This document shows, in pieces, positions 15,425-25,533 of a DNA stretch of 29,143 nucleotides. The position numbers and the translations under genes are program-made. The stretch lies in the NCBI GenBank assembly GCA_015232955.1, contig JADFYS010000001.1, positions 1 through 29,143 of the forward strand, written 5' to 3'. The notes below the pieces were generated by a model, which saw nothing but the letters and a program-made list of their open reading frames with translations, was not told where the DNA came from and ran no database searches. Source of the stretch: Gammaproteobacteria bacterium (GTDB taxonomy: Bacteria; Pseudomonadota; Gammaproteobacteria; Thiohalomonadales; Thiohalomonadaceae). How positions within the stretch are numbered: the stretch's first letter is position 1; the number at the start of each line of letters is the position of its first letter.

Positions 15425-16540
15425 ATGAAAAGCAGATTTAGCGGCAAGATAGCCGCTCTTTTGGGAGTGGTGGGGCTATCGACAGTGGTGGCGACCGTGC
15501 AGTTAACAGCAGAGGAGGCGACGATGGGTGAGGTCAATGAGAGAGCGGTAGCCACTTTTGCCGGGGGATGCTTCTGGTGTGTCGAATCCGGTTTTGAAAA
15601 AGTCCCCGGTGTCGGGGATGTCATCTCCGGTTATGCCGGTGGCGAAACGGAGAACCCCACCTACGCCGAGGTATCCGCAGGAGGTAGCGGACATCTTGAG
15701 GTGGTTCAGGTTCATTATGACCCGGAGAAGATCGACTATCGAACTCTGCTGGACTATTTTTGGCGGCAGATAGATCCCACAGACATTGGGGGGCAGTTTG
15801 TCGACAGGGGGAGCCAGTATCGCCCCGCCATCTTCTACCACAACAGCATGCAGAAGCAGGCAGCAGAGGCGTCGCGGAGAGAGCTGAATGAGAGTGGTCG
15901 CTACTCGCAGCCGGTAACGATTGAGATTCTTCCCTTCACCAAGTTCTACAGTGCCGAGGAGTACCATCAGGACTACTACAAGAAAAATCCTGTTCGCTAT
16001 AAATTCTATCGTTTTAACTCTGGGCGCGATAGCTATCTTGAAAAGGTGTGGGGTGAGGATCTTCATTTTCAGCCCAAAGCGCCGCAGTCACAGAAGGGGC
16101 AGCAGTACAAACAACCGGAAAGCTCGTCGCAGTTGCGCCAGCGGCTTACCCCTTTACAGTACGATGTAACCCAGAATAACGGTACAGAGCGCCCCTTTGC
16201 CAATGAGTTTTGGGACGAAAAGCGACAAGGGATCTATGTTGATATCGTCTCTGGAGAGCCTCTGTTTTCGTCGCAAGACAAGTTTGACTCCGGCACCGGT
16301 TGGCCGAGCTTTGTCAGGCCGCTCGCTGCAGAGAACATTGTTGAAAAGGTCGACTCATCGCTGTTTATGAGCCGAACCGAGGTGAGAAGTCGTTCCGGGA
16401 ACTCTCACCTGGGACACCTATTTGATGACGGCCCCCAACCAACTGGGTTACGCTACTGCATTAACTCGGCCTCGCTTCGATTTATTGCGAAAGAAGATCT
16501 GGAAAAAGAGGGGTATGGCCAGTTTCTGTCACTCTTTTGA
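15425..16540 (+). CDS. msrAB: Bifunctional peptide-methionine sulfoxide reductase MsrA-MsrB with signal peptide
   Basis: [19 protein letters not shown] and AEEYHQDYY (MsrA); [33 protein letters not shown] (MsrB); Sec-type N-terminus. Confidence 0.95.
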   Translation: MKSRFSGKIAALLGVVGLSTVVATVQLTAEEATMGEVNERAVATFAGGCFWCVESGFEKVPGVGDVISGYAGGETENPTYAEVSAGGSGHLEVVQVHYDPEKIDYRTLLDYFWRQIDPTDIGGQFVDRGSQYRPAIFYHNSMQKQAAEASRRELNESGRYSQPVTIEILPFTKFYSAEEYHQDYYKKNPVRYKFYRFNSGRDSYLEKVWGEDLHFQPKAPQSQKGQQYKQPESSSQLRQRLTPLQYDVTQNNGTERPFANEFWDEKRQGIYVDIVSGEPLFSSQDKFDSGTGWPSFVRPLAAENIVEKVDSSLFMSRTEVRSRSGNSHLGHLFDDGPQPTGLRYCINSASLRFIAKEDLEKEGYGQFLSLF

Positions 16541-16552
16541 CCTCAAGCAATA

Positions 16553-16870
16553 ATGGCTGACTGGGTGGTTATTGCCCTGCTGCTGCTCATCCTCTGGTTT
16601 TGGTACAGCAGTTTACGGGCAAAGGAGATTGCCAATCTTGGGGCCAAGATGCGCTGTGATATTCAGGGCGTTCTTTTCCTTGACCAGTCTGTGGCGCTTC
16701 AGCGGATTCGCCAGAGACGAGGGGGTGATGGTCGCCTTCTTCTGCAACGGGAGTACCGCTTTGAGTTCTCGGCCACCGGAGACGAGCGCAGTCAGGGGAC
16801 CATCACGGTCTTGGGGGGAAAGGTGACCGCTTTTAGCATCGACAGACCTCATTCTGAGCCTGAGAGTTGA
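16553..16870 (+). CDS. DUF3301-like small membrane-anchored protein
   Basis: N-terminal TM, then R.KE.A......C...GV.FLDQSVAL and R.Y.FEFS.TGDER..G pattern. Confidence 0.75.
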   Translation: MADWVVIALLLLILWFWYSSLRAKEIANLGAKMRCDIQGVLFLDQSVALQRIRQRRGGDGRLLLQREYRFEFSATGDERSQGTITVLGGKVTAFSIDRPHSEPES

Positions 16871-16885
16871 TGTTTTCAGTTTTTT

Positions 16886-16915
16886 TTGACTCCGACCCTT
16901 AAATTTAAGTAGAAT
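16886..16915 (+). promoter_or_regulatory. sigma70 promoter of yceD-rpmF-plsX-fab
   Basis: TTGACT-N18-TAGAAT, preceded by a T tract, 9 nt before the yceD ATG. Confidence 0.65.
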
Positions 16916-16924
16916 TGCCCCCTT

Positions 16925-17440
16925 ATGTCGCCTCAGCAGCTACCGGTTCAGATCGATCCTCTTCAGTTTGGGGAGAGTCGTCGTCAACTCGACGGAACGC
17001 TGCCCATCTCGGCAATGAGCAGACTGCTGGAGGAGATGGTGGACCCCGATAAAGAGGGTAAGATCTCTATCTCTCTCCAGTTTGCGACAGATAGCGAAGG
17101 CTATCACACTGTCCAGGGACGGGCGGAAACCGCTGTTTCGCTGCAGTGCCAGCGCTGTATGGAGCCTGTGGTGTTGAAGCTGACCGCTGAGATCCTGTTG
17201 GCGGTGGTAAAAAACGAACATGAAGTCGATCAGTTGCCACCGCACTATGAGCCGTTGTTGCTATCAGAGGGGCAAGTGCAGCTCGCAGAGTTGATAGAGG
17301 ATGAGTTGCTGCTTTCGTTACCGATGATTCCCCGTCATGAGGAGGATTGTCTCAGCTTTCAGCTAACAGAAGGGCCTGGAGATCTCGCTACAAACGAAGA
17401 GAACCCGTTTGCGGTGCTGGAGAGTTTAAAGAGAGGGTAG
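16925..17440 (+). CDS. yceD: YceD/DUF177 large ribosomal subunit accumulation protein
   Basis: LQCQRCMEP, LIEDELLLSLPMIPRH, ENPFAVL; upstream of rpmF. Confidence 0.93.
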   Translation: MSPQQLPVQIDPLQFGESRRQLDGTLPISAMSRLLEEMVDPDKEGKISISLQFATDSEGYHTVQGRAETAVSLQCQRCMEPVVLKLTAEILLAVVKNEHEVDQLPPHYEPLLLSEGQVQLAELIEDELLLSLPMIPRHEEDCLSFQLTEGPGDLATNEENPFAVLESLKRG

Positions 17441-17490
17441 CTGTAAAGCTGCCCTTTTCTCCCTAAAGAGGGAGGTTTTGTTCTGTTTTT
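17435..17490 (+). terminator. Tandem terminator-like hairpins between yceD and rpmF
   Basis: GGGTAGCT-GTAA-AGCTGCCC-TTTT, then CTCCCT-AAAG-AGGGAG-GTTTTGTTCTGTTTTTT. Confidence 0.45.
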
Positions 17491-17535
17491 TTAATTGAAT
17501 GTTTCTGTTTTTTAATGATTAAGTAGAGGATTGTA

Positions 17536-17712
17536 ATGGCTGTTCAAAAGAGTAAAAAATCGACTTCCCGTCGTGGTATGCGTCGTGCGCACGACTCCCT
17601 TAGCGGAGCAACCCTTTCTATCGAGCCGACCACAGGCGAGACTCACCGCCGTCACCATGTCAGCGCAGATGGTTACTATCGTGGCAAGCAGGTGGTTGCA
17701 CCCAAGTCTTAA
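17536..17712 (+). CDS. rpmF: 50S ribosomal protein L32 (58 aa, not in ORF track)
   Basis: Manual translation [58 protein letters not shown]; AGAGGA SD; cysteine-free form. Confidence 0.97.
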   Translation: MAVQKSKKSTSRRGMRRAHDSLSGATLSIEPTTGETHRRHHVSADGYYRGKQVVAPKS

Positions 17713-17802
17713 CTTCAGGTGCCCGGCTTATCAGAGATAGAAGCTGTCTCAAATACTCGGGGGCAGTGGGTTTGAGGGGGTTAAAGGGCGAAGCTATCCA
17801 CT

Positions 17803-18837
17803 GTGGCTGACCATCTTGAACGCTGTATCGCTATCGATGCGATGGGGGGAGACTTTGGGCCTGAAGTGACTGTTCCTGCAGCCCTTACCGCCCTGAAAAA
17901 ATTTACTGCGCTCAAGCTGATTCTAGTCGGAGATCGGGAGACCATTACCCGGCAGTTACAGAAGCAGGGAGAGGCGGAGAGTGACCGTCTCCGCATCCAT
18001 CACACCACACAGGTGGTGACCATGGATGAACTCCCCTCTCGCGCACTTCGGGGGAAGAAAGACTCCTCCATGCGCAGGGCGATTGATCTCGTGAAATTGG
18101 GAGAGGCGGCAGCCTGTGTCAGCGCCGGGAATACCGGGGCGCTAATGGCAACTGCCCGCTATGTTCTCAAGACTCTTGAGGGGATAGACCGACCAGCGAT
18201 CCTCACCACGCTACCCACGATTCGTGGCCACTCCCACATGCTCGATCTTGGAGCCAACATCGACTCCAGTGCCGAGGTGTTGGCCCAATTTGCGATTATG
18301 GGTTCAATTCTCAGTGGTGTAGTCGATTCGATAGATCGCCCTACAGTCGGCCTTCTCAATGTCGGGGAAGAGGAGATTAAGGGAAACGAGCAGGTAAAAG
18401 AGGCGCATAAACTTCTCACCGCAATGGAGATCAACTACAAGGGATATATTGAAGGGGATGACATCTACAAAGGGAGTGTAGATGTGATTGTCTGTGACGG
18501 CTTTGTCGGGAATGTGGCTCTTAAAACCAGCGAAGGTTTGGCAAAGATGGTGAGCCACTATATGCGAGAAGAGTTCCGCAGAAATCTTTTTACACGGCTT
18601 GCGGCTGTGGTCGCCATGCCGGTATTGCGAGCCTTTAGAAGGCGGATAGATCCCCGCGAATATAATGGTGCCAGCTTGGTGGGTCTGCGTGGGATTGTAA
18701 TTAAAAGCCATGGCGGTGCCGATAGCTACTCTTTTGCCAGTGCCATTGGCGAAGCGGTGATAGAGGTGGACAAAAATGTGCCCCAACGGATCAAAGATAG
18801 TGTGCTGTCGCTAATGGAAGGGCGGAAAATCGCGTGA
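17803..18837 (+). CDS. plsX: Phosphate acyltransferase PlsX
   Basis: [50 protein letters not shown]. Confidence 0.97.
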   Translation: MADHLERCIAIDAMGGDFGPEVTVPAALTALKKFTALKLILVGDRETITRQLQKQGEAESDRLRIHHTTQVVTMDELPSRALRGKKDSSMRRAIDLVKLGEAAACVSAGNTGALMATARYVLKTLEGIDRPAILTTLPTIRGHSHMLDLGANIDSSAEVLAQFAIMGSILSGVVDSIDRPTVGLLNVGEEEIKGNEQVKEAHKLLTAMEINYKGYIEGDDIYKGSVDVIVCDGFVGNVALKTSEGLAKMVSHYMREEFRRNLFTRLAAVVAMPVLRAFRRRIDPREYNGASLVGLRGIVIKSHGGADSYSFASAIGEAVIEVDKNVPQRIKDSVLSLMEGRKIA

Positions 18838-19769
18838 TCTACTCGCGTATTACCGGAACCGGGGGCTATCTACCGCAGAAGGTACTCACCAACCACGATC
18901 TTGAGCGGATGTTTGAGACCAGTGATGAGTGGATCACCTCACGAACCGGTATCCGTGAGCGCCATATTGTGGCGGATGGAGAGAGTACGGTTGATCTTGC
19001 CGAGGCCTCTTCTCGCCTGGCGATGGAGGCAGCCGGAGTCGGGCCAAAAGAGATTGATCTCATTATTGTCGCAACCACCACCCCGGATCAGATCTTTCCC
19101 AGCACCGCGACCCAGCTACAGTACCGTCTTGGGGTACACGAAGCCCCTGCTTTTGATGTTCAGGCGGTCTGTACCGGATTTATCTACGCCCTTTCGGTAG
19201 CAGACAAGTTTATTAAAAGCGGAAGTCACCGCTGTGCTCTGGTGGTGGGCGCGGAGTCGATGTCAAGAGTTGTCGACTGGAACGATCGTGGAACCGCGAT
19301 TCTCTTTGGTGACGGTTCCGGTGCTGCCGTGGTACAGGCAGATTCACGAGAGGGGATCCTCTCCACCCATATCCATGCCGATGGCCAGTATCGTGACCTT
19401 CTTTATGTCCCGCCGGGGGAGAAGACTCTGTTAATGCAGGGAAATGAGGTGTTTCGGATGGCGGTGAACACCTTGGGCCGGATCGTCGATGAGACCCTGG
19501 AGGCCAACCGCCTGCAGAAAGAGGAGATCGACTGGCTGGTGCCACATCAGGCCAATATCCGTATCATTAACGCCACTGCACGCAAACTTAAAATGGCGCC
19601 GGAACGGGTTGTAGTGACCGTAGATATTCATGGAAATACCTCTGCAGCATCCGTTCCCCTTGCCCTCGATGTTGCGGTGCGAGATGGTCGGATAATTGCT
19701 GGTGATCTGCTCCTGCTCGAAGCGTTTGGCGGAGGATTTACCTGGGGTTCGGTTCTGCTTCGCTTTTAA
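18834..19769 (+). CDS. fabH: Beta-ketoacyl-ACP synthase III
   Basis: AVCTGF, PHQAN and HGNTSAAS catalytic Cys-His-Asn; GTG overlaps the plsX stop. Confidence 0.97.
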   Translation: MIYSRITGTGGYLPQKVLTNHDLERMFETSDEWITSRTGIRERHIVADGESTVDLAEASSRLAMEAAGVGPKEIDLIIVATTTPDQIFPSTATQLQYRLGVHEAPAFDVQAVCTGFIYALSVADKFIKSGSHRCALVVGAESMSRVVDWNDRGTAILFGDGSGAAVVQADSREGILSTHIHADGQYRDLLYVPPGEKTLLMQGNEVFRMAVNTLGRIVDETLEANRLQKEEIDWLVPHQANIRIINATARKLKMAPERVVVTVDIHGNTSAASVPLALDVAVRDGRIIAGDLLLLEAFGGGFTWGSVLLRF

Positions 19770-19861
19770 TGAGCAGTGCAGCGGAACCACTTCGGTGATA
19801 GTTGGCTACGGTTGGCTGTTGTCTTGCTTATGTTGAGTTTAGTTGCACAGGATTGAGTGAT

Positions 19862-20800
19862 ATGGCACTTGCTTTTCTTTTTCCCGGTCAGGGATCACAG
19901 TCTGTGGGGATGGTATCCGCTCTTGCCCAGCGCTTCCCTATTGTTGAAGAGACCTTCAGAGAGGCCTCCGCTGCCCTCGACCTTGACCTGTGGCAGATGG
20001 TCTCCTCTGGACCGGAAGAGGCGTTAAATCGGACGGAGATCACGCAACCGGCCATTCTTAGCGCAAGTGTCGCCATGTGGCGCTTGTGGCAAGAAGAGGG
20101 CGGGGAAGCTCCCGAGGTGATGGCGGGCCATAGTCTGGGGGAGTATAGCGCGCTGGTTGCGGCCTCTTCCCTCTCTTTTGCCGATGCAGTACGCCTGGTC
20201 GCCAAACGAGGTGAGTTGATGCAGCAGGCGGTGGCACCCGGGGCAGGGGCGATGGCTGCAATTCTCGGGCTGGATGACGCCACTGTAATCCGCCTCTGTG
20301 AGACCGAATCTACAGAGGAAGGGGTGGTTGCTGCAGTCAACTTTAATGCCCCGGGACAGGTTGTGATCGCCGGGAGTAGCTCAGCCGTCGCCGCAGCAGT
20401 TGTTGCAGCGAAAGCAGAAGGGGCGAAACGGGCAGTAACTCTGCCGGTGAGCGTACCATCACACTGTTCTCTGATGTTACCCGCTGCGGAAGGTCTCTCG
20501 CAGGTTCTCGAAAAGATCGCCATTCATCCTCCGCAGATCGCTGTGGTGAATAATTGTGATGTTGCCATAGAGCGGGAGCCAGAGCAGATTAAACGCGCTC
20601 TGGTGCGTCAACTCACTCATCCTGTGCGCTGGGTCGAATCAGTGACGACGATGGTCGAAGGCGGAGCGACCCACTTTGTTGAGTGTGGACCGGGAAAAGT
20701 GTTAGCGGGGTTGAACAAACGGATTGTGAAAGCCATACCGCTCTTCTCGATCCTCGATGAGACCTCATTACATCTAGCGGTGGCAGAGAGCAGGCAGTAA
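19862..20800 (+). CDS. fabD: Malonyl CoA-ACP transacylase (start corrected to ATG 19862)
   Basis: AFLFPGQGSQ, TQPAIL, AGHSLGEY, LPVSVPSH, QL..PVRW, ECGPGKVL. Confidence 0.97.
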   Translation: MALAFLFPGQGSQSVGMVSALAQRFPIVEETFREASAALDLDLWQMVSSGPEEALNRTEITQPAILSASVAMWRLWQEEGGEAPEVMAGHSLGEYSALVAASSLSFADAVRLVAKRGELMQQAVAPGAGAMAAILGLDDATVIRLCETESTEEGVVAAVNFNAPGQVVIAGSSSAVAAAVVAAKAEGAKRAVTLPVSVPSHCSLMLPAAEGLSQVLEKIAIHPPQIAVVNNCDVAIEREPEQIKRALVRQLTHPVRWVESVTTMVEGGATHFVECGPGKVLAGLNKRIVKAIPLFSILDETSLHLAVAESRQ

Positions 20801-20892
20801 TCACAGAGGCTGAAGGATGCCGTCACAACGGGTACTGAATCATACCTTCCCAGCTAGCTACCAGACAATATGAAGAGAAGAGAGAGTATTCA

Positions 20893-21639
20893 ATGAAAAA
20901 TTTGGAACAACAGATCGCTCTGGTGACCGGTGCCAGCCGTGGTATTGGAGAGGCGATCGCTACCCGGCTTGGCGATGAAGGGGCGACAGTGGTCGGTACC
21001 GCCACCTCGGATAAGGGGGCGGAGGCGATTAGTGCACGGATAGCTGCAGCCGGTCACCAGGGCGGTGGCGTTGCACTCAATGTGAATTCGGCTGAAAGCA
21101 TCACCGCTTGTCTCAAGACGGTGAAAGCGCAGTTTGGGGCACCGACCATTTTGGTGAATAATGCGGGAATCACTCGGGATAACCTGCTGATGCGGATGAG
21201 TGATGAGGAGTGGGAGGATATCCTCTCAACCAATCTTGGTTCGGTTTTTCGTCTCTCCAAGGCGTGTCTTCGCGATATGATGAAGGCAAGAAATGGGAGA
21301 ATTATCAGCATCGCCTCTGTCGTGGGGGTGATGGGCAATGCCGGACAGAGTAACTATGCCGCAGCCAAGGCGGGAATACTCGGCTTTACCCGATCTCTGG
21401 CGAGAGAGATTGGCTCTCGCGGGATTACGGTGAATGCGGTTGCTCCCGGATTTATCGATACCGACATGACTCGTGCCCTGCCAGATCCCCAAAAAGAGCT
21501 GTTATTGCAACAGATCCCCCTGAATCGGTTGGGAACAGCAGAAGAGATTGCCGCCACCGTCGCTTTTCTCGCTTCGCCCGGGGCGCGTTATATTACCGGG
21601 GAAACGATCCATGTTAATGGCGGGATGTATATGGGATAA
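20893..21639 (+). CDS. fabG: 3-oxoacyl-ACP reductase
   Basis: TGASRGIG, NNAGITRDNLLMRM, NYAAAKAG, APGFI.TDMT. Confidence 0.97.
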   Translation: MKNLEQQIALVTGASRGIGEAIATRLGDEGATVVGTATSDKGAEAISARIAAAGHQGGGVALNVNSAESITACLKTVKAQFGAPTILVNNAGITRDNLLMRMSDEEWEDILSTNLGSVFRLSKACLRDMMKARNGRIISIASVVGVMGNAGQSNYAAAKAGILGFTRSLAREIGSRGITVNAVAPGFIDTDMTRALPDPQKELLLQQIPLNRLGTAEEIAATVAFLASPGARYITGETIHVNGGMYMG

Positions 21640-21813
21640 TCCGTGGCGAAAGGGCGAGATGAGGTGACTCCTGCGGGAGTGGAACCCCCCGCCTCTTGGC
21701 AGCTTACACTGAACGGGTGTGGTACCAAAGGGGAGATTGTGTGGGTTCCGTAACTCAGACAGTAGATTCAGAGACAGGATTTCACTAGAATATCCGAAGT
21801 TTTTATTCACTAA

Positions 21814-22062
<249 letters not shown>

Positions 22063-22090
22063 GCACCAACTAACTTAAATAGGTCAGCGG

Positions 22091-23332
22091 ATGTCAAAAA
22101 GACGAGTAGTGATAACCGGAATGGGGATGGTCTCCCCTCTGGGACTTGATCTGAAAAGCTCGTGGGAGGGTATCCTCTCTGGGAAAAGCGGTATAAAGCC
22201 CATTACCCACTTTGACACATCCCAGTTCTCGGTTCGCTTTGGTGGCAGTGTCAGCGGATTTGATGTTAGCCGCTATATCCCGGCCAAAGATGCCAAAAAG
22301 ATGGATCCCTTCATCCATTATGGTGTCGCCGCCTCAATAGAGGCGATGGCCGATTCCGGCCTGGAAGTGACCGAGGAGAATGCAGAGCGTATCGGGGTCG
22401 CAATCGGCTCTGGAATTGGTGGCCTACCCGGGATTGAGAAGGGAAATGCGGCGTTCCTCAACGGAGGTGCGCGCAAGATCTCCCCTTTCTTTGTTCCCAG
22501 TAATATCATTAATATGATTTCGGGTAATGTCTCGATTATGTTTGGATTGAAGGGGCCAAACATTGCGTTGGTGACCGCATGTGCAACCGGCACTCACAGT
22601 GTTGGTGACGCGGCACGACTGATTGAGTATGGGGATGCCGATGCGATGCTTGCAGGGGGGGCCGAAATGGCGACCTCGCCCACAGGGTTAGGCGGCTTTG
22701 CTGCCGCCCGCGCCCTCTCGACCCGTAACGACGATCCTGAGGGGGCAAGTCGCCCATGGGACAAGGAGCGAGACGGCTTTGTACTGAGTGACGGTGCCGG
22801 AGTACTCCTGCTGGAAGAGTATGAGCATGCACAGGCGCGCGGGGCAAAAATCTATGCTGAAATTACCGGCTACGGTATGAGTGGCGACGCCTATCACATG
22901 ACACTCCCCGCAAAGGGCGGTGAAGGAGCACAGCGCTGTATGCTCAATGCTCTGCGTAACGCGGGTCTGAATCCAGAACAGATTGCATATATCAATGCCC
23001 ATGGTACCTCAACCCCGGCGGGGGATATTGCGGAGACTGAAGCGGCTAAAGGAGCCTTTGGGCAACACGCCTACCGTCTTGCAATGAGCTCTACCAAATC
23101 CATGACCGGTCACCTTCTTGGCGCAGCCGGTGGTGTAGAGGCGATTTTTACCGCACTCGCGGTCCATGAACAGGTTGCACCGCCAACTATCAATCTAACC
23201 AACCCTGATCCCGACTGCGATCTGGATTATGTAGCGGGAGAGGCGAGAGCGATGAAAATTGATCACGCCCTCTCCAACTCTTTCGGTTTTGGTGGGACTA
23301 ACGCCACACTGGTCCTCTCTCGAGTAGGGTAA
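22091..23332 (+). CDS. fabF: Beta-ketoacyl-ACP synthase II
   Basis: [38 protein letters not shown]. Confidence 0.97.
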   Translation: MSKRRVVITGMGMVSPLGLDLKSSWEGILSGKSGIKPITHFDTSQFSVRFGGSVSGFDVSRYIPAKDAKKMDPFIHYGVAASIEAMADSGLEVTEENAERIGVAIGSGIGGLPGIEKGNAAFLNGGARKISPFFVPSNIINMISGNVSIMFGLKGPNIALVTACATGTHSVGDAARLIEYGDADAMLAGGAEMATSPTGLGGFAAARALSTRNDDPEGASRPWDKERDGFVLSDGAGVLLLEEYEHAQARGAKIYAEITGYGMSGDAYHMTLPAKGGEGAQRCMLNALRNAGLNPEQIAYINAHGTSTPAGDIAETEAAKGAFGQHAYRLAMSSTKSMTGHLLGAAGGVEAIFTALAVHEQVAPPTINLTNPDPDCDLDYVAGEARAMKIDHALSNSFGFGGTNATLVLSRVG

Positions 23333-23363
23333 CAGGCTGACCCACGCTACCCGGAAGCGAAGG

Positions 23364-24191
23364 GTGATGTGGGTCAATGGTCGTCCAGAAACTGTATTAT
23401 CTCTGCGCGATCGCGCCCTCCATTACGGTGATGGTCTGTTTGAAACCATCGCGATCGCTGACGGCCAACCGCAACTACTGACGGCACACCTGCAACGACT
23501 GCAGTCTGGTTGCCGACGCCTCTCTCTCCCTTACCCGGATGAAGATCTGTTGCGACAGGAGATCGCCGCAGCGTCACGCGCTATGGCAGTAGGCAGAAAG
23601 TCAGTATTAAAACTAATTCTCAGCCGTGGGGAGGGGGGAAGGGGGTATCGCCCACCGCAGATCATGGAACCGGTAAGAATTTTAATGAGTTTCCCTTGGC
23701 CTTACCATGATGAAGAGGAGAGGTGTGGGGTGAGATTACGCTACTGCTCTACCCCACTCAGTTCTCACCCCCAACTTGCAGGCATCAAACACCTGAATCG
23801 ACTCGAACAGGTGATCGCTCGTAATGAGTGGCAGAATGAAACCATCTTTGAAGGGTTGATGGCCAATGGGAAGGGCAGTATTGTTGAGGGGACCATGAGT
23901 AATATTTTCTGGCTCCGCTCCGGTCGCATCTTCACCCCCGAACTTAAGGAGTGTGGTGTTCAGGGTGTGATGCGACAAGAGGTGATGACTCTGGCAGAAG
24001 AAGAGGGGATCGCCTGTGAAATCACCAGCTGCGAGCGACACGACCTAGAGGAGGCTGACGGACTGTTTATCACCAATAGTCTGCTTAAAATCAGATGGGT
24101 GCGGCAGTTGCAACAAAAACGCTACCCGCAGTTAGAGATAATTCGCCATTTGCAGCAGAAACTAGAGAAGCGGTTGGCTCATCATGCTTAA
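23364..24191 (+). CDS. pabC: Aminodeoxychorismate lyase
   Basis: DRALHYGDGLFET, GIKHLNRLEQV (PLP Lys), EGTMSNIF; canonical position between fabF and mltG. Confidence 0.93.
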   Translation: MMWVNGRPETVLSLRDRALHYGDGLFETIAIADGQPQLLTAHLQRLQSGCRRLSLPYPDEDLLRQEIAAASRAMAVGRKSVLKLILSRGEGGRGYRPPQIMEPVRILMSFPWPYHDEEERCGVRLRYCSTPLSSHPQLAGIKHLNRLEQVIARNEWQNETIFEGLMANGKGSIVEGTMSNIFWLRSGRIFTPELKECGVQGVMRQEVMTLAEEEGIACEITSCERHDLEEADGLFITNSLLKIRWVRQLQQKRYPQLEIIRHLQQKLEKRLAHHA

Positions 24192-25209
24192 TCTCCTATT
24201 TCGATTATTGGGCGTTACCATACTTGGAGGGAGTCTGGTAGCAGGGTGGCTCTGGATGGATTACAACCGCTTTTTAGAGCGACCCATCAGACTCACCTCA
24301 ACAATCGGGGAAGATCAGATCTACACCGTACCGTCAGGTGCGACACTACGCGCGGTAGCCACTGATCTGCAGGATAAGGGGATCATCAGCAACCGCGACT
24401 ATCTGTTATGGATGGCGAAGTTTCAAACTCCCCAAGTAGTAGTGAAGGCGGGAGAGTATTCGTTACGGTCAGAGATGGTCCCTCAAGAGCTGCTGACACA
24501 CCTGGCGGGAGGAGATGTAGTTCAGTATCCGCTCACCCTGATCGAAGGGATGACTTTTTCTGAAATTCGTCTTCGCTTAGCCGCAAGAGAGGCACTAGAA
24601 CAACAACTGCCGGCAATGAGTGATACGGAGGTTCGGCAAGCGTTAGCGGTTAGCTATACATCTCTAGAAGGTCTGTTCTATCCAGAGACCTACCACTACT
24701 CGCGAGGAATGAGTGATCTCCAGCTCTTACGCAGAGCCAAGCAGAAGATGGATGCGTATCTGGAGCAACAGTGGGCAGACAAGGGCGAGTCACTTCCACT
24801 TAAGTCACCATACGAGGTTCTGATAATGGCATCCATCATTGAAAAGGAGACCGGTAATGCCGCAGAACGACCAGAAATCTCTGGGGTGTTTAATCGCCGC
24901 CTTCAAAAAGGGATGAAGCTACAGAGCGATCCAACCGTGATCTACGGGATGGGCAAAGCGTTTCATGGAAACTTGAGACGGGTAGATCTTAAGCGGGATA
25001 CCCCATACAACACCTACACAAGGCACGGACTTCCACCCAGCCCTATCGCCCTCCCTGGGGGAGATGCGATCCACGCAGCGCTCCACCCCCTCCCCGGTAA
25101 ATCGCTCTATTTTGTAGGAAAAGGAGATGGTACCCACCACTTCTCTGCAAACCTGAAAGAACACAATAGCGCCGTATATCGCTATCAGATCAAGCGCGTT
25201 AGAGAGTAA
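24184..25209 (+). CDS. mltG: Endolytic transglycosylase MltG (YceG)
   Basis: N-terminal TM, LEGLFYPETY, ASIIEKET, LQSDPTVIYG, YNTY...GLPP.PI. Confidence 0.96.
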   Translation: MLNLLFRLLGVTILGGSLVAGWLWMDYNRFLERPIRLTSTIGEDQIYTVPSGATLRAVATDLQDKGIISNRDYLLWMAKFQTPQVVVKAGEYSLRSEMVPQELLTHLAGGDVVQYPLTLIEGMTFSEIRLRLAAREALEQQLPAMSDTEVRQALAVSYTSLEGLFYPETYHYSRGMSDLQLLRRAKQKMDAYLEQQWADKGESLPLKSPYEVLIMASIIEKETGNAAERPEISGVFNRRLQKGMKLQSDPTVIYGMGKAFHGNLRRVDLKRDTPYNTYTRHGLPPSPIALPGGDAIHAALHPLPGKSLYFVGKGDGTHHFSANLKEHNSAVYRYQIKRVRE

Positions 25210-25257
25210 ACAGATCTTTGGTAGAGAGTATCTTATGGTGTTCGCTGTTCGCTGCTT

Positions 25258-25440
25258 CTAAACCATCGTCATCAGCAGAATCACAAAACCGATGACCCCA
25301 ACCAAAGCCAGAACAGCACTCTTCCAATCCTCCATACTACCCTTCGGGCTCTCTTTCATCATCAATTTGGCGCGGGGCCAAAGATAGACCAGCATCATCA
25401 CTAATAGCAGTGCTGATCCTATTTTCATCCACATATCCAT
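25258..25440 (-). CDS. Small two-TM hypothetical membrane protein (60 aa, Met-rich)
   Basis: GAGG SD; two hydrophobic segments flanking WPRAKLMMKESPKGSMEDW; fills the gap between mltG and the yccA terminator. Confidence 0.7.
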   Translation of the reverse strand: MDMWMKIGSALLLVMMLVYLWPRAKLMMKESPKGSMEDWKSAVLALVGVIGFVILLMTMV

Positions 25441-25473
25441 TGCATTGTGCCTCAGCTTTATCGGGGGGAAGGG

Positions 25474-25503
25474 AAAAGAAAAAGGCCCCGAAAACGGGGC
25501 CTA
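25474..25503 (-). terminator. Intrinsic terminator of yccA
   Basis: Minus strand AGGCCCCG-TTTT-CGGGGCCT followed by TTTTCTTTT. Confidence 0.85.
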
Positions 25504-25533
25504 TTCTATTGATGGGTACTTAGTTAGCAGTCT

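Noticed and set aside
15220-15624. 134-aa minus-strand ORF
   Set aside because: Spans the palindromic MITE and the antisense of msrAB.
19888-20523. 211-aa minus-strand ORF and similar antisense ORFs across the fab genes
   Set aside because: Ala/Ser/Thr-rich mirrors of fabD, fabG and fabF codon usage.
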